From Candidatus Harpocratesius repetitus (GTDB lineage: Archaea > Asgardarchaeota > Lokiarchaeia > Sigyniarchaeales > Promethearchaeaceae): a stretch of 32,000 nt of DNA. The stretch lies in the NCBI GenBank assembly GCA_021498095.1, contig JAIZWK010000001.1, positions 1,230,001 to 1,262,000 of the forward strand. The letters run 5' to 3'. Each line of letters opens with the position of its first letter. Within the stretch, counting starts at the first letter, position 1. A program made the position numbers and the translations under genes. Positions 26,064 to 32,000 of the stretch are shown here, in pieces. Under the pieces are notes generated by a model. It ran no database searches. It worked only from the letters and a program-made list of their open reading frames with translations, and had not been told where the DNA came from.

Positions 26064-28019
26064 ATGGTTCAAGAAATTCCCCCTCCTAAGCCTGAAAATG
26101 AAGCATTAACTAAAATTTCTCAAACGACTATTGATTCAACTACAAAAACCATAAATCGTTATGGATTAGGAAAAATGATTAGTCAAGGCATGAGCGGAAC
26201 CATTGGTGGGCCTATTTTCGTAATCCTTGGTTATGCGCTTTCTGTAGCACGAACTGGTTTACTAATTGCATTGATTCTTAATGGACTATTGATGCTGGGG
26301 TTTGTAATGATTTTTTCTGAACTTGCACTTTCACTTCCAATTTCAGGTGGAGGATATAGTTTTTCTAAAGAAGCTATCGGTGGAGTCCAAGGATTTCTTA
26401 TCGGTTGGTTGATTTGGATTGGAAATTTGTTATTCATTGCCATATCTGGGATTGGTTTTGCATTTTCGTTAATAGTTTTTTTGCCAGATCGATGGATCGG
26501 TTTACCTCTTGTAAAAATTATCGGTTTTTGTGTTGTAATCATTTTCTTTTTTGTCAATTATAAGTCTAAAAAGTTATCCATGTTTTTATCCCGTGTTTTA
26601 ACCTTTTCAATCACAGGTGGATTTCTATTTTATATCATCGGGGGTTTAATTTTCGGTTCTCAACTTAATCCTGACTTTTCCATAGATGTTTTTCAAGAAT
26701 CTTTCTCATTTTCTAAAGTTATGACAATGACTGCTTATACATTTGTCATTTACTGCGTCTATGAATGGAATAGCACCTTTGAATCAATGACTGCATCATT
26801 TGATTCCATTAAACGACCAAGAAAAACAATCCCACGTGCATTTATCTTTTCAATTTTAATCGCAATCGGAATATATTGGCTGGTAACCTTAGTTACTATG
26901 TTAAATATTGGTTCATTTCAGTCTCAAACAGCTGATATTATCCTTTCTTCAGATGTTCCTTTAGCAGATGCATTTGGGATTGTACTTAATAACCAAATCG
27001 GCATTTACTTTATGGGCTTTATCGGAATGATTGCCACAATTACATCTATTAATTCTGGATTACAAATGTCTTCACACGTTTTATATTCCATGGCACGAGA
27101 TGGGTTTATGCCGCCAGTTTTTAAAAAAGAGCGCCATGGAATTCAATGGGTTGCTTTGTTAATTTCTACAATACTCGCATTAGTTGTAGTATTAACTTTA
27201 AATATAGATGTCATTACAGAAATTATTAACTTTATTTTCTTGGTTTCGATGATCTTCATGTCGATTTCATTAATTGTATTACGGAAAACACGACCAAATT
27301 TAATTCGCCCTTGGAAAAGCCCGTTTTTTCCTTATCTTTCCATATTTTCGATTATTGTATGTTTCCTTCTTATTTCTACCATGATTACCTCTCCTTTGGG
27401 TCTATATGGAATTGTTTTTGGAATTCTTATCTTAGTGTTTGGAGGAATCTATTATCTTTTTCAAATATCTAGGCGGGATCGCATTTTCCTTATTCTTTAT
27501 GGTGCAAAAATTGGAATTTCTCTTTTTACACTACTATTTTTAGAATTCTTTCAAGTATCTTTCGTTTGGATTTTTCCTGCTGGAAGTTCTACACAAATTC
27601 AACTATCTTTTATTCGCATTCTGACTTCAGTCTTTTTAATTTTTGGAATTCTTTCTCTCTTTTTTGATTTAATTCCTACAAGACAATTGTTTGCTTGGGC
27701 TACCCAACATCGTTCAGATTCTGTAGTTGTTTCTGGAATTGTCCAACTTTCATCTCGAGCTGAAAAGCATGCTCACTTTTTTGCAGTTTCAATTGCTGTC
27801 ATTCAATTTGTTTTAAGTAGCTTTTTCCTATTACTTGTTCTATTTTTCAGCGTAGGGACATTATCATTGCAATCTCCTCTCTTTAATGATGAATCTGGCT
27901 TTTTATCCACTTTATTTATAACAACTGGAATTGTTATAGGTGTCATTTATGCTGTCAATGGTGGCGTAAGAATAATTATCGAGCAAGAATATTTGAACAT
28001 GAATAAAAATTTTTATTAA
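26064..28019 (+). CDS. APC-superfamily amino acid permease with about 4 extra C-terminal TM helices
   Basis: TM1 'GMSGTIGGPIF', 'FSELALSLPISGGGYSFSKEAIG..GFLIGW', 'RKTIPRAF', 'LYSMARDGFMP', 'RKTRPNLIRPWKSPFFP'. Confidence 0.92.
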   Translation: MVQEIPPPKPENEALTKISQTTIDSTTKTINRYGLGKMISQGMSGTIGGPIFVILGYALSVARTGLLIALILNGLLMLGFVMIFSELALSLPISGGGYSFSKEAIGGVQGFLIGWLIWIGNLLFIAISGIGFAFSLIVFLPDRWIGLPLVKIIGFCVVIIFFFVNYKSKKLSMFLSRVLTFSITGGFLFYIIGGLIFGSQLNPDFSIDVFQESFSFSKVMTMTAYTFVIYCVYEWNSTFESMTASFDSIKRPRKTIPRAFIFSILIAIGIYWLVTLVTMLNIGSFQSQTADIILSSDVPLADAFGIVLNNQIGIYFMGFIGMIATITSINSGLQMSSHVLYSMARDGFMPPVFKKERHGIQWVALLISTILALVVVLTLNIDVITEIINFIFLVSMIFMSISLIVLRKTRPNLIRPWKSPFFPYLSIFSIIVCFLLISTMITSPLGLYGIVFGILILVFGGIYYLFQISRRDRIFLILYGAKIGISLFTLLFLEFFQVSFVWIFPAGSSTQIQLSFIRILTSVFLIFGILSLFFDLIPTRQLFAWATQHRSDSVVVSGIVQLSSRAEKHAHFFAVSIAVIQFVLSSFFLLLVLFFSVGTLSLQSPLFNDESGFLSTLFITTGIVIGVIYAVNGGVRIIIEQEYLNMNKNFY

Positions 28020-28180
28020 TATATATTTCAATTCTTTAATTCTTGTTTAATGGTACGGTTCTTTCTTTTCGTATATATTATTCAGATGTATAAATGAACA
28101 CTATAGTCTTCCCAATCTAAAGATCTGATTTGGGGTAAATTTCAAAAACTTTTTTATTTTTCAAACTTTTATTTTCATGT

Positions 28181-28197
28181 CGAAGTTATATTATATA
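28181..28197 (+). promoter_or_regulatory. Probable BRE/TATA promoter of the tRNA
   Basis: cgaag-ttatattatata about 40-55 nt upstream of the mature tRNA 5' end, compatible with a short leader. Confidence 0.5.
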
Positions 28198-28237
28198 CGA
28201 AATTAATGATATTTGGATTCTTATGACAAATTTTAAT

Positions 28238-28319
28238 GCAGGGGTAGTCAAGTCGAAACGACGCTAGGTTGAGGGCCTAGTCCAATAGTGGTTCGAGGGT
28301 TCAAATCCCCCCTCCTGCA
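28238..28319 (+). tRNA. trnL: tRNA-Leu(GAG), no intron, CCA not encoded
   Basis: Acceptor GCAGGGG/CTCCTGC plus discriminator A; anticodon arm CTAGG-TTGAGGG-CCTAG (GAG at 28271-73); long variable arm CCA-ATAG-TGG; T arm GAGGG-TTCAAAT-CCCCC; T-rich run downstream. Confidence 0.93.
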
Positions 28320-28339
28320 TTCTTTTATTTATTTTATTT

Positions 28340-28465
28340 TTAACCACCATGAGAATCATATGGTATATTTAAATTCATATGATAACATATTAATCCGCAA
28401 GAAAATAAAGGAAAGAGTATAATTAGAAATTGCTCGTAGAATTTAATTAGACGCACCTTTTCCAT
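28340..28465 (-). CDS. Putative 41-aa small hydrophobic protein
   Basis: MEKVRLIKFYEQFLIILFPLFSCGLICYHMNLNIPYDSHGG, preceded by a perfect GGAGGTGA (28477-28470) 4 nt before the ATG. Confidence 0.55.
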   Translation of the reverse strand: MEKVRLIKFYEQFLIILFPLFSCGLICYHMNLNIPYDSHGG

Positions 28466-28676
28466 AACATCACCTCCCTTTGGCATCCTATACCTATAGG
28501 ATGTCTTTAATTCATTTGGTTGCAATTTCCCCAATAATATCATTACAAAAAAATCCCCAAAAAATCTCTAAAAGCACCAATAAGACCAAAAATATCCGAA
28601 AAAGACAAAATTCCAACTTAAAATAATAAAAAATATAATATCGTAAAATAATAGAAAAACAGAACAGGAAAAAAAA

Positions 28677-29165
28677 ATGTATCCCCCAATGTATAATCAT
28701 GGATTGGTCAGATATGGCCGAAATAGACATCCAATTTCCATTTTTGGATTCGTATTTCTGATTTTTGTACTCTTTAGTATTTCAGAAGTTAATATTCTTT
28801 GGTTTATCTTAATGATAATTATAATATTTGCTATCATTTCATCTAGAAATCTTAGAAATCGCTCTTACATTTCAAGATCAAGGCGTTCATCATATAAAAG
28901 GTCATCAAATTCTGATTTTGCATCATCCTTTGAGGATAAAAAACCTGAAAAGGATATTGATTTGTATCAAAACTCATCAACTCATCAACTCAATCAAGAT
29001 CAATTATCTGAGAATTCGTCAAGATTTAAAAGAAACAGATCATCCTATGAAAAATCAAGTCATAAAGAATTTTTCTGTGGATTTTGTGGAAATCCTGTGG
29101 TAGTTCCTGAAGAATCATCAGGAGAATTTTACTGTCCTTATTGTGGAGAAAAAAATAGAGTATAA
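28677..29165 (+). CDS. Membrane protein (2 TM) with Ser/Arg-rich linker and C-terminal zinc ribbon
   Basis: Hydrophobic residues ~20-55; C-terminal CGFCG-x12-CPYCG. Confidence 0.8.
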   Translation: MYPPMYNHGLVRYGRNRHPISIFGFVFLIFVLFSISEVNILWFILMIIIIFAIISSRNLRNRSYISRSRRSSYKRSSNSDFASSFEDKKPEKDIDLYQNSSTHQLNQDQLSENSSRFKRNRSSYEKSSHKEFFCGFCGNPVVVPEESSGEFYCPYCGEKNRV

Positions 29166-29222
29166 ATAGGCAGAATCTTCTAATTTTCTAATAAAATCCT
29201 TAACTTTATTTAAAGAATAATA

Positions 29223-29570
29223 CTATAAAATAGAATCATCAAAGTTAACATGTTTTGTGAATAAGGGAATTGCTTCGTTACTTACTTGTTCAGTGTACTC
29301 TAAAATTCTTTTATCTATATCGATATCGTCAATTAGAGATGCAATTTTTTTAATTACTTGGGTATGGGGTGTATTAGTGATTTTTGCGATTTTTTTTAGC
29401 GATATTTCTCCTTTTTTATAAAATTCTGCTAATTTTGGCATCATCTTTTCGCTTAGAATTGATAGAAATAGTTTTTTTGCGTAAGCTGATTTTGATAAAC
29501 CTTCATGATTTCCCATTTCTTCCAAAAAATTGTTTATTTCTTCTGGAATTTGAAAGTTTAGTTGAGTCAT
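29223..29570 (-). CDS. RHH + UPF0175-like HTH protein, putative antitoxin
   Basis: N-terminal RHH pattern 'QLNFQIPEEINNFLEEMG..EGLSKSAYAKKL' and UPF0175-like 'LAEFYKKGEISLKKIAKIT'. Confidence 0.75.
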   Translation of the reverse strand: MTQLNFQIPEEINNFLEEMGNHEGLSKSAYAKKLFLSILSEKMMPKLAEFYKKGEISLKKIAKITNTPHTQVIKKIASLIDDIDIDKRILEYTEQVSNEAIPLFTKHVNFDDSIL

Positions 29571-29586
29571 ATAATTATATAGTAAA

Positions 29587-29598
29587 TTTATATATAAA
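29587..29598. promoter_or_regulatory. Palindromic bidirectional TATA box TTTATATATAAA
   Basis: Perfect 12-bp palindrome in a 47-bp divergent gap; the box start is 31 nt from the plus ATG (29618) and 28 nt from the minus ATG (29570). Confidence 0.7.
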
Positions 29599-29617
29599 AT
29601 CTATCCTATTATTTTCT

Positions 29618-30121
29618 ATGAAAACAAAATTAATTATTGACACAAGCACTTGGATAAAATTCGATGAGTTAATTGAAGAGAGAATAATCTCAATAAAATT
29701 TATAGATAAATTGACTCAAATCTCAGATATTTATGTTACACATGAAATTGAAAGAGAGCTTGACTATTTTAATGTTATTTCCTACCAAAAAATGAAAAAA
29801 GAGATCTTTATTGTCCCTATTTCAAATAAAGAAATTTATCAAAAGACTATTGAAGATGGATATGATTCAGCAGATTCTAGTATTATTGGGGTTTCAGAAA
29901 TAAAAGATTACTTAATTATATCTGAAGATCGCCCTCTTGTTGAATATTATAGTTTGTATAAATTGAAAATCATGTTTTTTGCTGATTTAATTTGGGTGCT
30001 GTTAAATAATGACATGATTTCTAAAAATAAGGCATATAAATTTATTCATCCATTACAAAAAATGCGAAATTTACCAATCAAAAAATATAATTGCTTAATT
30101 AAAAAAATTGAAAAGTATTAA
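29618..30121 (+). CDS. PIN-domain protein (VapC/DUF3368-like), putative toxin
   Basis: 'LIIDTSTWI' (D), 'VTHEIEREL' (E), 'DSADSSII' (D) and 'IISEDRPL' (D), with a helical DUF3368-like tail. The ORF extension to 29384 is antisense to the antitoxin. The stop overlaps the patatin stop (TTAA 30118-30121). Confidence 0.85.
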   Translation: MKTKLIIDTSTWIKFDELIEERIISIKFIDKLTQISDIYVTHEIERELDYFNVISYQKMKKEIFIVPISNKEIYQKTIEDGYDSADSSIIGVSEIKDYLIISEDRPLVEYYSLYKLKIMFFADLIWVLLNNDMISKNKAYKFIHPLQKMRNLPIKKYNCLIKKIEKY

Positions 30122-31206
30122 CTTTGCTTCTTTTTTCGCTTCAAAAAGCCTTTTTTCTTTTCGTCAAATGACTCCTTTATAATAGTGGATTTCTCATGCC
30201 ATTTTTCTTTCACATTTTCAGAAATTTCTTCTAAATTTTCCCTTAATCGCGCAATAGCGGGTTTGTCTTTATCTGGAATAACCGCTTCAGCTAAGTGCAG
30301 TTCTTGTGAATATACATCACAGGGATATTCATCGGGTAATGCATCAGAATTCAAACCTCCTTGTTCAAACCACGCCTTGGCTCGCTGGTAAGCAAGATCA
30401 ATCCATTCTTTCGAATGTGAAAAATCAAACGGATCTAAACGGGCATCATTAGGTGAAGGAAGTACATGTATTGATACTTTAGATCGGTAATGATAATAGT
30501 CTGAGATCATTTGACGGGCTAAGACATAAAGAAATGTTCTAGCTAGCACTTGTTCTAATTTTTTTGGATAAACATCAGGTGTGTTTGGATATCCGATGGG
30601 AAAAACGATGATATTCTCGGCACCAAGTTTTATTGCGGTTGAAATTGCACTGTTGTTTATCAAACCGCCGTCTACCAGCATCATATTATGCATATATTGA
30701 GGGGGGTAAACCATAGGAATCGCAATGCTACTCATTAGGGCTTCTATGGCTCTTCCTTTATTAAATACAATTTCTTTTCCCGTTTTCAAATCTGAGGCAA
30801 CAGCATAAAAAGGAATGGTTGTTTCTTCTAAGCGTTGGAAAGGCAATGATCGTTCAATTAATTTACGAATATTTTTAGGGGATATCAAATATTTTCCAAA
30901 GGTTGTTAGATTTTTAACTGGGGTTATTGGTGAAGGTGTAAAGACATCTGTGAATTTTACTTTATTCCAAACAGATTCTAAATATTCTACTCCCTCTAAA
31001 GTGGGGTTATATGCAAAAATTGCACCATTTAGGCTTCCAACAGATGTTCCAAGAATAAAATCTGCTTTTATTCCAAATTCAGTTATCGCTTTTAGCAGAC
31101 CAACTTCAATTGCGCCCAAGCTTGAACCGCCGGAAAACACAAATGCTGTTTTTCTTTCTGTATTCGATGATTGTGTAATTTTTGTTTTTTGTAAAGATTG
31201 ATTCAT
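30118..31206 (-). CDS. Patatin-like phospholipase/esterase
   Basis: SGGSSLG oxyanion motif, GTSVG nucleophile and VDGG catalytic Asp. Confidence 0.93.
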   Translation of the reverse strand: MNQSLQKTKITQSSNTERKTAFVFSGGSSLGAIEVGLLKAITEFGIKADFILGTSVGSLNGAIFAYNPTLEGVEYLESVWNKVKFTDVFTPSPITPVKNLTTFGKYLISPKNIRKLIERSLPFQRLEETTIPFYAVASDLKTGKEIVFNKGRAIEALMSSIAIPMVYPPQYMHNMMLVDGGLINNSAISTAIKLGAENIIVFPIGYPNTPDVYPKKLEQVLARTFLYVLARQMISDYYHYRSKVSIHVLPSPNDARLDPFDFSHSKEWIDLAYQRAKAWFEQGGLNSDALPDEYPCDVYSQELHLAEAVIPDKDKPAIARLRENLEEISENVKEKWHEKSTIIKESFDEKKKGFLKRKKKQS

Positions 31207-31395
31207 GGTTCTTAGTACTGTATGAAAATATTTCTTAAAAGTATGTGGGTATCAATCAAAGATTTAGTTAAGAGGTTCTAGCAACTTCTATATTTTTGAC
31301 TGAATTACAATTTTCATCTTCCCTTCTCCGATTATAATCAAATATATCTAAAAATTACTTCAGTCGCGAAGATTAAATCAAATTTCAATGTATTT

Positions 31396-31998
31396 TTATA
31401 ATTTTTGAGATATTGGATAATATTCTACTATAAGATGTGGAGAAAGAAGATTTGCTAACCGCATTCCTTCAATTTCAGTCATCCAAGGGCGGATGAGTAC
31501 TTTTTTTTTCTGGTTTTTCAAGTATATCTCAATTTTCCAATTTGGCACCCTAACACGTATATAGAGCAGAAGAATACCAATAAACATAAGAATTGTAGCC
31601 AATCCCCACCACAAAAGTTTACGTTTAGGATTATATTGAATGATTATTTTTTCAATTTGATTAAATTGAATGAATGCAGGTTTATGAAATTGTGATTGTA
31701 GTTTAACCGTCTTTTTTTGCACATCAAAACGAACTGATTGACCGTACAACATATCTTGGAATTTCACTGGTTCAATACGGTTCAAAATTGTAAATTTTGG
31801 TTGAGTAGTATTGTATGGATTGCGAGAAATGTCTGATTTATGCGAATCGTTTGAATTGTATGATTTACTTGGATTGTGAAAATTATGTATATCTGAATTG
31901 TCTGAGTTGTCTGAGTAAACTGAGTTGCCTGAATTGTGAGAATTATGCAGATCGTTTGAATTAAATGAATTATTTGAATTTTGCATTGAATTGATCAC
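31396..31998 (-). CDS. Hypothetical membrane protein with Asn/Ser/Asp/His-rich N-terminus (start uncertain, at window edge)
   Basis: Low-complexity residues 1-60, then a beta-rich region interrupted by the hydrophobic segment 'LLWWGLATILMFIGILLLYI'. Confidence 0.75.
   Translation of the reverse strand: MINSMQNSNNSFNSNDLHNSHNSGNSVYSDNSDNSDIHNFHNPSKSYNSNDSHKSDISRNPYNTTQPKFTILNRIEPVKFQDMLYGQSVRFDVQKKTVKLQSQFHKPAFIQFNQIEKIIIQYNPKRKLLWWGLATILMFIGILLLYIRVRVPNWKIEIYLKNQKKKVLIRPWMTEIEGMRLANLLSPHLIVEYYPISQKL
31831..31992. repeat. Degenerate ~9-bp periodic repeat encoding xNS tripeptides
   Basis: gaattgt/gagttgt/gaattat units recurring; protein HNSHNSGNS...DNSDNSD. Confidence 0.6.
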
Positions 31999-32000
31999 TT

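Noticed and set aside
28081-28135. Imperfect hairpin CCCAATC...GATTTGGG with a CTGA, possible small RNA
   Set aside because: No proper C box or K-turn geometry; short and imperfect, compatible with chance.
28501-28730. Short ORFs 28512-28730 (-) and 28501-28626 (+)
   Set aside because: Their composition reflects A/T-run bias, there is no SD or motif, and they overlap better-supported features.
29384-29617. N-terminal extension of the PIN ORF given in the ORF track
   Set aside because: It is antisense to the antitoxin gene; the PIN fold begins at MKTKLIIDTS (29618), correctly spaced from the TATA box.
1315-31201. Short overlapping ORFs in the track (e.g. 1315-1551, 3129-3473, 9866-10123, 23704-24040, 26231-26557, 30815-31201)
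   Set aside because: Shadow frames of well-supported longer genes with no independent signals.
30118-31206. Patatin as a CBASS CapV-type defence effector
   Set aside because: No cyclase (CD-NTase) or other CBASS genes adjacent; it looks like an ordinary stand-alone patatin.
28238-32000. Integrated element at tRNA-Leu carrying the toxin-antitoxin pair
   Set aside because: No integrase and no repeat of the tRNA 3' end seen within the window; it cannot be excluded beyond the right edge.
1-32000. CRISPR array or rRNA genes
   Set aside because: No regularly spaced repeat-spacer pattern or rRNA-like stretch seen; the only tandem repeats are intragenic.

Overview
AT-rich archaeal chromosome segment, most likely an Asgard archaeon (Lokiarchaeia-like). 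This is inferred from a TFB gene, a gelsolin-like domain, an SMC5/6-type ATPase, an IPGY+TM 'Loki-CTERM'-type sorting tail and an archaeal tRNA. Left to right: a 5'-truncated multi-TM/HEAT/TPR protein; an IS630 transposase with an in-frame A_AAA_AAG -1 slippery site; a scrambled surface-anchored gene relic (apparent 236-bp inversion plus a frameshift); malQ; a cluster of degenerate AAA+ protein, SMC5/6-like SMC, kleisin and KITE, followed by sepF; a cold-shock protein; an alpha/beta hydrolase; a large gamma-class N6-adenine methyltransferase; a gelsolin-domain/4-TM fusion; tfb; a GH35-like protein apparently lacking its catalytic glutamates; an unannotated double K-turn box C/D RNA; a six-finger Cys/His protein; an APC permease; tRNA-Leu(GAG); a 41-aa ORF with a perfect SD; a divergent antitoxin/PIN pair sharing one palindromic TATA box; and a patatin. 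Best leads: the box C/D RNA (25084-25161), the membrane-anchored gelsolin, the SMC5/6-kleisin-KITE operon with its dead AAA+ partner, and the bidirectional toxin-antitoxin promoter. All family calls come from motifs read by eye; no database search or folding program was run.
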